NCBI GenBank assembly: GCA_015999985.1
Contig: JAECRA010000003.1
Span: forward strand, 45,474 to 109,473
Direction: 5' to 3'
From: Comamonadaceae bacterium
GTDB lineage: Bacteria > Pseudomonadota > Gammaproteobacteria > Burkholderiales > Burkholderiaceae_C
Length of the DNA stretch: 64,000 nt
Shown: one piece after another, positions 47,604-57,486 of the stretch
How the letters are laid out: the number at the start of each line of letters is the position of its first letter
Position numbering within the stretch: the stretch's first letter is position 1
Notes under the pieces: generated by a model
The model's database searches: none
The model's input: the letters and a program-made list of their open reading frames with translations, nothing else
What the model was told of the DNA's origin: nothing
Translations under genes and position numbers: made by a program

Positions 47604-48070
47604 TGCCCATTCCATTAATTAATATACGTATTGCGGGATGCAGCGAGTTGGCTGCGGTTTGCCTCTAATGCCAAACCTGCCAGCAGGCCGCTCAGAAGGT
47701 TCTGCATTAATCGAAGGCCGCGCCTATCAATGGATCAGGAGGGATGCCTTGCGTCACATCGCTTGCGCCGCCTGATTTGCCGCTCAATTTGTGCAGTGCC
47801 TCATCAAAGCATCAGTAACGGCTTGCGACGGGAAGTTCCAAAATATTTGCAAGTCAATCTAAAACAGCGGATTTGGCAATCCTATTTATAAGATGAAAGT
47901 TCTCTTTTAATTAGGAAAGAAGATAAATCAACCGCAAAGTGCCCGAAAGACCTGCTGCTTAATAGCGGCTCAATCAGGCATAAAGTGCTATTCGATGAGC
48001 GCACCCTCTGCAACGTTTGCAACGCCAGACGGCTTTACCCTGCCAATCAGTGGCACGATCGCGAGCAAGC

Positions 48071-49549
48071 TCAGGAAACCCGAGAAATCACTTCTGCCAC
48101 GGTCGCCGTCAGCTTCTTGGCATAGGGCACGTGCAGGAACTCATTTGGTCCGTGCGCATTGCTCTTGGGTCCCAGCACGCCGCAGACCATCATCTGGGCA
48201 GTGGGAAAGCCCTCGCTCAACATGTTCATGAGCGGAATCGTGCCGCCTTGTCCGATATAGCCACAAGGTGCCCCGAAGTGCGCCTGGGACGCGTGGTCCA
48301 GGGCCTGCGCAAACCAGGGAGCCACCGTGGGCGCATTCCAGCCGGTGGCGCCGCCGCCGCCCTGAAAAGTCACCTTGGCCTGGTAGGGCGCATTGTCTTC
48401 CAGCAAAGCCTTCATTTCGCGCACCGCTTGCGCGGCGTCTACCAGGGGCGGAAGGCGCAGGCTGAGTTTGAAGGCGGTGTAGGGGCGCAGTACGTTACCG
48501 GCATCTTTAGGCGCCGGAAATCCTTCTGCACCCACGACGCTGAGCGTAGGCCGCCAGGTCCGGTTGAGCAGGGCTTCGGTAGCATCGCCCGTGACCGGCA
48601 ATACCGACTGCTCTTTGCCGCCGCAGTCGTAGTGGGCAAAGGGGTAGTTCTTGAAGAGCTGATCGCCCAGGATGGCCGCGGTCGCACGCGCCTGCTCAAT
48701 GCGTTCGGCTGGAATGGCGCAATGGAAACTCGCAGGCAGAAGGCGCCCCGTGGTTGAATCTTCCAGGCGATCCAGCACTTGGCGCATGATGCGGAAGCTG
48801 CTGGGGACAAGACCCGAAGCGTCACCAGAGTGGATGCCCTCCGTGAGCACCTCCACCTTAAGGGTACCGCCTGCCATGCCTCGCAGGCTGGTGGTCAGCC
48901 AGAGCTGATCGTAATTGCCTGCGCCAGAGTCCAGGCACACCACCAGGCCGACGTCTCCCAGGCGGGGACGCAAGGCATCGATGTAAGGCAGCAGGTCGGG
49001 CGAGCCGCTTTCCTCGCTGGTTTCAATCAAGCCGACCACCCGCGGGTGCGCCACGTTCTGGCTTTTCAGCGCCTGCACGGCAGCGATGGCGGCATAGACC
49101 GCATAGCCATCATCTGCACCGCCCCGGCCGTAGAGTTTGCCGTCTTCGTATTTTGGGGTCCAGGGACCGAGATCGTTGCGCCAGCCCGTGAATTCGGGCT
49201 GTTTGTCCAGGTGACCATACATGAGCACTGTCTGCCCCGAACCCTTTGTCTCCGCTGTTCGGGTGGAATCCACCTCGAAGAAAATCACGGGTGTGCGGCC
49301 CTGGATGCGGATCACCTCCAGCTTCAGGCCGGGCACCTTCTGCGCCGTCACCCAATCAGCCGCCTGCTGCACTACCCGGTCAATGAATCCATGGCTGGCC
49401 CAGTCCGCATCGAAGCCGGGCGACTTGGCCGGAACGGCAATGTAGTCAGCCAGACGGCCCACGATATCTCCGTCCCACTGGGCATCGATCTGGTTGGCAG
49501 CGGCTTGGGAATTCAGCGAGGGTATTTCTCTGTGTAGGGGTGCATTCAT
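48071..49549 (-). CDS. M20-family metallopeptidase/amidohydrolase
   Basis: YGHLDKQP, LYGRGGADDG, EESGS, HSG, NAHGPNE; ATG 49549. Confidence 0.92.
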   Translation of the reverse strand: MNAPLHREIPSLNSQAAANQIDAQWDGDIVGRLADYIAVPAKSPGFDADWASHGFIDRVVQQAADWVTAQKVPGLKLEVIRIQGRTPVIFFEVDSTRTAETKGSGQTVLMYGHLDKQPEFTGWRNDLGPWTPKYEDGKLYGRGGADDGYAVYAAIAAVQALKSQNVAHPRVVGLIETSEESGSPDLLPYIDALRPRLGDVGLVVCLDSGAGNYDQLWLTTSLRGMAGGTLKVEVLTEGIHSGDASGLVPSSFRIMRQVLDRLEDSTTGRLLPASFHCAIPAERIEQARATAAILGDQLFKNYPFAHYDCGGKEQSVLPVTGDATEALLNRTWRPTLSVVGAEGFPAPKDAGNVLRPYTAFKLSLRLPPLVDAAQAVREMKALLEDNAPYQAKVTFQGGGGATGWNAPTVAPWFAQALDHASQAHFGAPCGYIGQGGTIPLMNMLSEGFPTAQMMVCGVLGPKSNAHGPNEFLHVPYAKKLTATVAEVISRVS

Positions 49550-49645
49550 GGCTGGACCTTCAAGCAATGGTCAAGTATTGCACTTATACGCCTGTCATGG
49601 GCCCATGAATACAAAGCCCACTCGGTCGGCGTATATTGATGTTTC

Positions 49646-50350
49646 ATGAACTCCATCAGCTCTTTCCCCATCACCCGCAAATGGCCGGCCCAGCATCCTG
49701 ACCGCCTGCAGTTGTACTCCTTGCCCACACCCAATGGTGTGAAGGTGTCCATCATGCTGGAAGAAACTGGACTTCCCTACGAAGCGCACCGAGTGGATTT
49801 CGGCACCAACGACCAATTCTCGCCAGAGTTCCTGTCACTCAGCCCGAACAACAAGATACCCGCCATCCTGGACCCGAATGGCCCTGATAACAAGCCGCTG
49901 GCATTGTTCGAATCTGGCGCGATTCTTGTTTACCTGGCCAATAAAACCGGTCAATTTCTGCCAGCCGACATTGCCGCACGCTACGAAACACTGCAGTGGC
50001 TGATGTTTCAGATGGGCGGAGTGGGGCCCATGTTCGGCCAGTTGGGCTTTTTCCATAAGTTCGCGGGCAAAGAATATGAGGACAAACGCCCCCGCGATCG
50101 CTATGTGGCAGAAAGTGCTCGCCTGCTCGGCGTGCTGGACCGCCATCTGAAAGGCCGGGACTGGATCATGGGCCACGAATACACCATCGCCGACATCGCC
50201 ATCTTCCCCTGGATACGCAACCTGATCGGCTTCTACGAGGCAGGCGCATTGGTGGAATTCGAGCGCTTCAAACAAGTGCGCCGGGTGCTCGATACCTTTG
50301 TGGCCAGGCCGGCAGTGCAACGCGGTTTGCTTATTCCCGAAGCGCGCTGA
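49646..50350 (+). CDS. Glutathione S-transferase (YfcG/YghU-like nu class)
   Basis: TPNGVK, PNNKIPAI.D, LFESGAIL.YLA, QWLMFQMGG.GP, YTIADIA. Confidence 0.93.
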   Translation: MNSISSFPITRKWPAQHPDRLQLYSLPTPNGVKVSIMLEETGLPYEAHRVDFGTNDQFSPEFLSLSPNNKIPAILDPNGPDNKPLALFESGAILVYLANKTGQFLPADIAARYETLQWLMFQMGGVGPMFGQLGFFHKFAGKEYEDKRPRDRYVAESARLLGVLDRHLKGRDWIMGHEYTIADIAIFPWIRNLIGFYEAGALVEFERFKQVRRVLDTFVARPAVQRGLLIPEAR

Positions 50351-50379
50351 CATCAGGAACGGGCCTCGGAAAGGTGTGA

Positions 50380-51219
50380 ATGGTGAACTCGTCCCCTCAA
50401 TTTCCCGGGCGCACGCGTGTGGGCATTGGTGGCTGGAACTTTGCTGAGTGGCGCGCGGGGGTGTTCTACCCACCCGGCTTGCCGCAGGCCAGGGAGCTTG
50501 AATTTGCAAGCCGGCATCTGACCAGCATCGAGATCAACTCCACCTTCTACACCGCACAAAAGCCCGCCATCTATGCCCGCTGGCGGGACGCAACTCCGGA
50601 GGGGTTTCAGTTCTCGCTCAAAGCCCATCGTTTGGCCACCCAGCGCGGACGGTTGAGCGACGGCACGGAAAGCGTGGTGCGCTTTCTGGAAAGCGGCATC
50701 ACCGACCTGGGCGCCAAGCTGGGCCCCATCGTTTGGCAACTGGCGCCTTACTACGCGTTCGACCCAGATGATCTGGAGTACTTTCTTTCCCTGTTGCCCA
50801 ACGCACTCGACGGCCTGCCCTTGCGCCATGTGCTGGAGCCACGCCATGAAAGCTTCGCCTGCGCCGAGTACGTGCGGCTGGCGCGCGCTTACGATGTCGC
50901 CACGGTCTATACCGATTCGCCAGATTACCCGAACATTGCTGACGTCACGAGCGACTTTGTCTATGCGCGGCTGATGCGTTCTGAAGCCGACGAGCCTACT
51001 GGTTACTCCACCTCTGAGCTCAGCCTTTGGGGGCGTCGTGCGCAAGCCTGGCGCGCCGGGGAAACACCGAAAGACTTGCCCCTGGTCGTCCCCGAAAGCG
51101 GGGCCAAGGCCAAAGCCAAGCGAACACCACGCGATGTGTTCATCTATTTCATCAGCGCTGCCAAAGCGCGCAACCCTGCTGCAGCCCAGGCACTGATCAA
51201 GCAAATCGACGCTTTATAG
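50380..51219 (+). CDS. DUF72 domain-containing protein
   Basis: GIGGW....W...FYP, IEINSTFY, F.FSLKA, KLGP..WQL, E.RH.SF, YARL. Confidence 0.92.
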   Translation: MVNSSPQFPGRTRVGIGGWNFAEWRAGVFYPPGLPQARELEFASRHLTSIEINSTFYTAQKPAIYARWRDATPEGFQFSLKAHRLATQRGRLSDGTESVVRFLESGITDLGAKLGPIVWQLAPYYAFDPDDLEYFLSLLPNALDGLPLRHVLEPRHESFACAEYVRLARAYDVATVYTDSPDYPNIADVTSDFVYARLMRSEADEPTGYSTSELSLWGRRAQAWRAGETPKDLPLVVPESGAKAKAKRTPRDVFIYFISAAKARNPAAAQALIKQIDAL

Positions 51220-51412
51220 CCTCCCGGTAGAGCCAGTTCACGTCCCCCTGGCAAGCATCGCTATCGCACAGGCCCACCAAAACCCGTTTCGATGCCCGAA
51301 GCAAGATCGACAGACCTTCGCAAATCACTGCGGGCCTACGCCCTCCTGCGTGATGCAGACGCTCAAACATGGCTCCGCCAGATCAAGCATGCGCGGCGCC
51401 GTCACCCCGCAA

Positions 51413-51449
51413 TGAACGTTTTGTTAATACCTGTTGATAAAACGTCAAC
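51413..51449. promoter_or_regulatory. Inverted-repeat operator candidate for the 51492-63807 operon
   Basis: GTTGA-TAAAACG-TCAAC at 51433-51449, overlapping a larger ACGTTTT...AAAACGT inverted repeat at 51416-51445. Confidence 0.45.
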
Positions 51450-51491
51450 CTTGACTTAAGATGCGCCCCATAAGAATTTGGGGACAACCAA

Positions 51492-53606
51492 GTGAGCTCT
51501 CTGGCCAGCAAATGCGCCGACCGGGTGGATCTTTCTCCACTCATCGCTCCGACGTCGATCGGAATCGTCGGAGTATCCGTTTCTGATGCCCACTCCTGGG
51601 GACACCGGGTGGTGCGCGTGTTGCTTGACGGGGGTTATCAAGGCGAGACCTTTGTGGTGCATCCCCGCAATCAGTTTCCCGGGGTAACCACGGTTACGTC
51701 CATCAGCGCTCGGCCCAATGCTGATCTGATCGTGATCTGCGTTCCCGCCAGCGCGGCGCTCGGTCTGGTAAGACAAGCCCGGGACTCGGGAGCCAAGGCC
51801 GTGGTGGTGTTCGCCTCGGATTTTGCTGAGACGGGCTCTGAAGGCGAGGCCATGCAGGCCGCCTTGGTGGAAGCTGCCGGTGGCATGCTCATGCTTGGTC
51901 CCAACTGCTTTGGCGTCTCGAACCGGGTCTCCAACGTCAAGATCTCGGCCGCGCCATTCTTAAACCGTCCACTGCTTCCCGCTGGCCCCGTAGCGCTCAT
52001 AGCGCAGTCCGGCGCGCTGGGATTGGTGCTCAGTCGCTACGTTGAAGAAAGCGGTGTGGGCTATTCGCACTTCATCAGCGTCGGCAATGAGGCTACCTTG
52101 ACAGCCAGCCAGATCGCACGCGAACTGTTGGAACGCAACGAAGTGCGGATTGTGATGCTGTACATGGAGACCTTGCGCGACCCCGAGGTACTGGCAGCGG
52201 CAGCCACGCGTGCGGCAGAACTCGGCAAGCGCATCGTGATCCTCAATGCAGGCCGCAGCGATGCGGGCCGACGTGCGGCGCTGTCCCATACAGCCGCCAT
52301 CGCCGGTAATGATGCCTATATGGACGCGTTGTGCCGGGACTTCGGCATCGTGCGCATCCGAGACGACGAAGACGTCAAACCCACATTGGCGGCTCTGGAG
52401 CGCGGCTGGGTTTTGCCTGAGTCGCCTCGCATCTGCGTGCTCTCGAACTCAGGGGGCGCGGGCGCCGTCCTTGCCGATCGGCTCGTTGAGGAGGGTGCGC
52501 GTGTAGAGGCCTTGTCCGATGCCACCCGCGCGCGAATCGCAAGCATAGGGATGGTGGGTGCAGGAGACAGCAATCCCATCGATATAGGTGGCGGATGGGA
52601 AGCTGTTCTAGGAAAAGTGCAAGCAACGCTCAAGGCCTTGGAAGCCGACCCAGACCTGGACGCGCTGATGGTCTACTTCGCGTTCGGCGACATGATCGCA
52701 GAGAAAGTGGCTCCTATTGCGCGCTACTGTTCCGAGCTCTCCAAGCCCGCGGTCTTCGTCTGGCAGATTGCGCCTGCCGAGGGCTTGCCAATGGTCAAGA
52801 CCCCAGGCATTTTGGCGACATCCATGGGCGAAGGCGCGCGCATGATTCGCAGCTACATGCGCGTATCGTCCACCCCGGTCGCAAGCTGGACAAATCCATC
52901 TGCAAGTGGCATCCAGCTCCCAGCCGTCGCCCTTGGCCAGCAGACCGTTGCCGAACTTCAAAGCGCGGCTCTGCTGACCTCTTTGGGAATCGAGGTTGTC
53001 GAGTCAGTGCACGCCGCGCCTGGAGATGCCAACGGACTCGTACAGAAAGTCAAGGCGCGCGGGTGGACGCGTGTAGTGGTCAAAGCCAATGCGCATGACG
53101 TGGCTCATCGTTCGCGCCACGACCTGATTCGCATTGGTGTGCCTGTTCAGGATCTGCCGCAAGTCCTTCAGGATCTTGGCGCACGCCTGGACTCACTTTC
53201 GCACGACCCCGCACGGCAGTTGATCGTGCAGCCTGCCGTCTCTTTTGAAGCCGAGATTGGCGTGGGGGGATTGGTCGATCCAAAGTTCGGCCCCATTTTG
53301 ATGATCGGGCCAGGCGGCGTCGATATCGAAGCGGCCAAAGGACCCCGCCACACGCTGCTTCTGAACACAGACCTCGCAACACAAAAGAGATTCGCCCACC
53401 ACATCGAGCAAAAGTTCGATCTGGCGCACGGCACCGTACAACCCATCATCGACGCTGTCGGGCAATTACTGCGCACTACCGGCGTGACCGAACTCGACGT
53501 GAATCCCATGGTCCGGACTGGCACGGGAGGGCTCATGGCTCTCGACGCACTGCTTGTCGTCGAGCGGACTGACTGCGCGGAGATCGCAGAAGCGACACGC
53601 ATCTAA
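51492..53606 (+). CDS. ADP-forming acyl-CoA synthetase family protein
   Basis: P.SIGIVG.S, LGPNCFG, IAQSGALG, SVGNEA, phospho-His SHTAAIAG, SNSGGAG, NPID, LDVNP. ATP-grasp region is divergent. Confidence 0.88.
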   Translation: MSSLASKCADRVDLSPLIAPTSIGIVGVSVSDAHSWGHRVVRVLLDGGYQGETFVVHPRNQFPGVTTVTSISARPNADLIVICVPASAALGLVRQARDSGAKAVVVFASDFAETGSEGEAMQAALVEAAGGMLMLGPNCFGVSNRVSNVKISAAPFLNRPLLPAGPVALIAQSGALGLVLSRYVEESGVGYSHFISVGNEATLTASQIARELLERNEVRIVMLYMETLRDPEVLAAAATRAAELGKRIVILNAGRSDAGRRAALSHTAAIAGNDAYMDALCRDFGIVRIRDDEDVKPTLAALERGWVLPESPRICVLSNSGGAGAVLADRLVEEGARVEALSDATRARIASIGMVGAGDSNPIDIGGGWEAVLGKVQATLKALEADPDLDALMVYFAFGDMIAEKVAPIARYCSELSKPAVFVWQIAPAEGLPMVKTPGILATSMGEGARMIRSYMRVSSTPVASWTNPSASGIQLPAVALGQQTVAELQSAALLTSLGIEVVESVHAAPGDANGLVQKVKARGWTRVVVKANAHDVAHRSRHDLIRIGVPVQDLPQVLQDLGARLDSLSHDPARQLIVQPAVSFEAEIGVGGLVDPKFGPILMIGPGGVDIEAAKGPRHTLLLNTDLATQKRFAHHIEQKFDLAHGTVQPIIDAVGQLLRTTGVTELDVNPMVRTGTGGLMALDALLVVERTDCAEIAEATRI

Positions 53607-53630
53607 CTATTACATCAACGGAGATACGAC

Positions 53631-54662
53631 ATGAATGGAAGCATCCGGCGCATTGTCGCGCTCACCACGATGGCATGTGCCCTGGGCGGTCTCGCCCATG
53701 CGCAACAGCCAGCCCAGATCGTCACTGCCAACACCGGCGGCCCCTACCTTGAAGCCACGCTCGAAGCCTGGGGCAAACCGTTCACTCAAACCACGGGGAT
53801 CAAGGTGGTCGGCGATGGACCGCAGTCGTTGCCCAAAATCCAGCAGATGGTGAAGTCGGGAAACATCACCTGGGATGTGGTTGAAGTTCCACCCGTATTC
53901 ACGTTGCGCCACTGCGGGACCTTGTTCCAGGAGCTTCCAGCAGACCTCCAAAACCGCAAAGACGTCCTGGCCGGATTCGGGAATGCCTGCGGTGTCCCAG
54001 ATGCCGGATACGCCAACCTGATGCTCTACAGCACGAAGAAGTTTCCGAACGGTGGGCCCAAGAATTGGGCTGATTTCTTCGACGTCCAGAAATTCCCTGG
54101 CAAACGAGGCCTGTGGAACGGGGCAGAGGGGGTGAACCTGGAGATCGCATTGCTGGCTGATGGCGTTGCTCCCAAGGATCTGTATCCCATGGATCTGGAC
54201 CGTGCATTCGCCAAATTGACCAAGCTACGCCCGCACATCGTGTTCTGGAGCACAGGCGCGCAATCGACCCAGATGATGGAAAGCCAGGAGGTCGACATGA
54301 TCATGGCATGGTCTTCGCGTGCTTACCCGGCTCTCAAGAACAATGCACCGTTTGAGCCGGTGTGGAACCAACACATCATCTACAACAACGTGTTGGCTAT
54401 CCCCAAAGGAGCGCCAAACCCTCAGGTCAGCGCGAACTACATTCGCTTTGCGCTCGATCCTGCGCGGCAAGCCCGACTGTCAGAACTGTTCCCCGTCTCG
54501 CCCGCCGTGATTGGCGCCCAGCCCAAGCTTGACGCGGCAGGCGTGAAGATCTTCGCGGGCACGCCCGAGCGCGCCGCAAGCGCTATCCGGCCAAACCTGC
54601 AATGGGTAGCCGACAACTCAGCAGAGATTCAGCGCCGCTGGGTTGAATGGTTGAACAAGTAA
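53631..54662 (+). CDS. PotD/PotF-like ABC substrate-binding protein
   Basis: Signal peptide; QMVKSGN..WDVV, P..WADFFD..KFPGKR, LEIALLADGV...LYP.D.DRAF.KL. Confidence 0.92.
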   Translation: MNGSIRRIVALTTMACALGGLAHAQQPAQIVTANTGGPYLEATLEAWGKPFTQTTGIKVVGDGPQSLPKIQQMVKSGNITWDVVEVPPVFTLRHCGTLFQELPADLQNRKDVLAGFGNACGVPDAGYANLMLYSTKKFPNGGPKNWADFFDVQKFPGKRGLWNGAEGVNLEIALLADGVAPKDLYPMDLDRAFAKLTKLRPHIVFWSTGAQSTQMMESQEVDMIMAWSSRAYPALKNNAPFEPVWNQHIIYNNVLAIPKGAPNPQVSANYIRFALDPARQARLSELFPVSPAVIGAQPKLDAAGVKIFAGTPERAASAIRPNLQWVADNSAEIQRRWVEWLNK

Positions 54663-54672
54663 ACCCGTTCCA

Positions 54673-54698
54673 GTCCGGCGGCCAGCCAGCCGCCGGAC
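54673..54698 (+). other. Stem-loop after the binding-protein gene
   Basis: GTCCGGCGGC-CAGCCA-GCCGCCGGAC, a perfect 10-bp stem. Such stems often stabilise the binding-protein part of ABC operon mRNAs. Confidence 0.5.
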
Positions 54699-54734
54699 GT
54701 CATGCCAGCCCATCGGGTGTCCATGGAACTTAGG

Positions 54735-56390
54735 ATGCAAGCGCTTCAAATCTCTCACGTCACAGGACGTCGAATCGCTCTGACTGCAGCGCTTTTGCTG
54801 CTGCCTGCGCTCTTGTTCCTGGCTCTTTTCTTTGTCTGGCCAGTTCTGGGTGTGCTGGCGGACAGTCTCTCCAACGAAGCGGGTCTGTTCAAACAATACT
54901 CGCAGTTCTTCGCAAGCCAGACATACCTGCTGATCCTGGCCCGGACCATAGGCAGCGCACTGCTAGTCACCCTGCTGTGCGCTTTGGTCGGCTATCCGTA
55001 CGCTTACCTGATGTCGCGCTCGCGCGGGCCCAGGCTGCAGATTCTGACCGGCATCGTACTGATCTCGTTCTTCACCAGTGTCATGGTGCGAAGTTTCGCG
55101 TGGATCATCTTGCTGCAAAGAAACGGGATCATAGACAAGCTGGCGCAGGCCGTCGGCTTCGATTCCTTGGTGCTGCGCGGAACCTCTTTGGGTGTTGTGA
55201 TCGCGATGGTCCAGATCATGCTCCCCTTCATGATCTTTCCGCTCTACAGCGCCATGGTAGGCATTGATGATCGCCTGGAGCGTGCATCCGCGTCACTGGG
55301 TGCCAATCGCTGGACGACCTTCTGGCGTATCTATTTCCCGCTTTCTCTTCCTGGTGTAGTGGCAGGGTGCGTAATCGTCTTTGTCACCTCGCTCGGCTTC
55401 TACATCATCCCGGGACTGGTGGGCTCCCCATCAAGCCAGCTCCTTTCGCACCTGATCTATTCGCTCATCAACACCGTTCTGGATATTCCCATGGCTTCGA
55501 CGGCCTCTGTGGTGATGCTGGCGTTGGCGTTGGCGGTCGTTTTGCCCATCATGTGGCGCTTTGATGTCTCCGGCAATGTCGTGGCTCGCTTTTCCGCCGT
55601 TGACGGGCAAGCGCCGCGTCAAGCGCTCCCTTTGCGCATCTGGTCCTGGTTAGTGGCCGCCTTGCTGCTCCTGCCCGCTCTGGTCGTCATTCCCATCAGC
55701 GTCCCGGAGAACCGAAGCTTCGTATTCCCGCCAACAGGTTTCTCCCTGAAGTGGTATGCGAACTTCTTCAGCAACGCCGAATGGTGGGGCTCATTCTTGA
55801 ACTCATTGCGCGTGGCCATCATGGTCACCCTCGCGGCGACGATTCTCTCGGTCTTTGCCGCCCTGGCCTTGCGCAAGGTGTCAGCGCGCACGCGAACGGT
55901 GGTTAGAGCGCTCATTCTTACACCGAGAATCGTCCCGGGAATCATTATCGCCATCGCCGTTTACGGTCAATTCATGGCATGGCGACTCAGCGGATCGGCG
56001 ATCGGGTTTGTCATCGCCCACACCATCATGGCGCTGCCGTTTGCGTTCATTCCGATCGCAGCCACGGTGGAGCAGTTCGACAAACGATTCGAAGACGCAT
56101 CGGCCAGTCTCGGCGCTTCGAAGATCACCACATTCTTTCGCGTCATGTTGCCGCTGATACGCACAGGTCTTTTGACCGGCGCACTGTTCTCATTCGTGAT
56201 TTCATTCGATGAGGTGATCGTCTCTCTGTTCATCAGCGGACCCACCTTGCGCACCCTGCCTGTGCAAATGTACCGCTCCATCGCTTCTGACATCGACCCC
56301 ACCATCGCCGCAGCGTCGACGATGCTGCTGCTGGTGACGGCATGCCTCGTCGTCGCCAGCATGGTCTTCTCAAATAGGAAAGCTCGCTGA
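54735..56390 (+). CDS. Fused double ABC permease (PotB+PotC-like)
   Basis: Two permease domains with EAA loops LERASASLGA and FEDASASLGA; GYPYAY, FPP.GFSLKWY, SFDEV, TLPV. Starts at 54702 or 54723 are possible. Confidence 0.9.
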   Translation: MQALQISHVTGRRIALTAALLLLPALLFLALFFVWPVLGVLADSLSNEAGLFKQYSQFFASQTYLLILARTIGSALLVTLLCALVGYPYAYLMSRSRGPRLQILTGIVLISFFTSVMVRSFAWIILLQRNGIIDKLAQAVGFDSLVLRGTSLGVVIAMVQIMLPFMIFPLYSAMVGIDDRLERASASLGANRWTTFWRIYFPLSLPGVVAGCVIVFVTSLGFYIIPGLVGSPSSQLLSHLIYSLINTVLDIPMASTASVVMLALALAVVLPIMWRFDVSGNVVARFSAVDGQAPRQALPLRIWSWLVAALLLLPALVVIPISVPENRSFVFPPTGFSLKWYANFFSNAEWWGSFLNSLRVAIMVTLAATILSVFAALALRKVSARTRTVVRALILTPRIVPGIIIAIAVYGQFMAWRLSGSAIGFVIAHTIMALPFAFIPIAATVEQFDKRFEDASASLGASKITTFFRVMLPLIRTGLLTGALFSFVISFDEVIVSLFISGPTLRTLPVQMYRSIASDIDPTIAAASTMLLLVTACLVVASMVFSNRKAR

Positions 56391-56391
56391 T

Positions 56392-57486
56392 ATGAGTTCC
56401 GTCTCACAAAGCGGCGCAGCCATCCGGTTGCGCGGTCTCGGCAAGTCATACAAGTCTCTGCAAGTGCTGCGGGACGTGAACCTGGACATCGCCCCCGGCG
56501 AGTTCGTCACGCTGCTGGGGCCCAGCGGCTCCGGCAAAACCACAACCCTGAACTTGATTGCGGGATTTCTGGCACCTGACCACGGACAGATTTTCCTCGA
56601 CGACAAGGACCTGACCGCCATCCCTGCGTACAAGCGAGGCATCGGTGTGGTGTTTCAAAACTACGCGCTGTTTCCTCATATGACGGTGGCGGAAAACATC
56701 GCTTATCCACTTCAGCAACGCAAGCCTCGGATGTCGCGGGACACGATCTCATCGCGTGTTGCACAAGTGCTGAAGCTGGTGCACATGGGCGATTACGCCG
56801 AGCGCAGGACCGACCAGTTGTCAGGTGGACAGCAACAACGCGTGGCCCTGGCTCGTGCAGTGGTATTCGAGCCCAAGCTGCTGTTGCTGGATGAGCCACT
56901 GGGAGCACTGGACAAGCGCCTGCGCGAGAGCTTGCAGATGGAGTTGCGGCGCATTCACAGGGAGTTGGGAGTCACCATCATCTTCGTCACCCATGACCAG
57001 GACGAGGCTCTGACCTTATCGGATCGGATTGTGGTGTTCCGTCAGGGATCGATCGAGCAAATCGGCACGCCAGAAGAGCTCTACGATCATCCACGGACAG
57101 AATTCGCAGCGACCTTCCTGGGAGATTCCAATATCTTCGAAGGCACTCTGGCGCAGGGTCGCTTCAACTGCGCAGACGGCCACTTTGCCCCCATCGCAGA
57201 TCAAGCTGATCGCCCCATCAAGTTGATGGTGCGCCCAGAGAAGGTGAGCGTGGTTCCCGGGCCTTTTGACATGAGCGCGCTCAACCTCACGACGTGCGCG
57301 GTGCCTGTGACCATAGAAGACGTGGTATTTGCTGGGGCGAGCGTACGCGTGGAGGCCGTGACCGCGTCGGGTCTCAAGGTGATGGCTCGGTGCACCGGTC
57401 TTGAGCATGCCCTCTCAGTGGGTGACAAGGCTCACTTTGTCTGGGCAGCCGACTCCTCGCGGCTCATAGATCGCACCACACCATGA
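56392..57486 (+). CDS. PotA-like ABC ATP-binding protein
   Basis: [43 protein letters not shown]-like C-terminus. Confidence 0.94.
   Translation: MSSVSQSGAAIRLRGLGKSYKSLQVLRDVNLDIAPGEFVTLLGPSGSGKTTTLNLIAGFLAPDHGQIFLDDKDLTAIPAYKRGIGVVFQNYALFPHMTVAENIAYPLQQRKPRMSRDTISSRVAQVLKLVHMGDYAERRTDQLSGGQQQRVALARAVVFEPKLLLLDEPLGALDKRLRESLQMELRRIHRELGVTIIFVTHDQDEALTLSDRIVVFRQGSIEQIGTPEELYDHPRTEFAATFLGDSNIFEGTLAQGRFNCADGHFAPIADQADRPIKLMVRPEKVSVVPGPFDMSALNLTTCAVPVTIEDVVFAGASVRVEAVTASGLKVMARCTGLEHALSVGDKAHFVWAADSSRLIDRTTP

Noticed and set aside
47715-47790. c-di-GMP-I riboswitch-like words (GGCAAA...GCAA...GACGCAA) on the minus strand upstream of the lipoprotein
   Set aside because: The upper P2 stem pairs poorly and I cannot form P3. 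An Infernal search with the c-di-GMP-I model would settle it.
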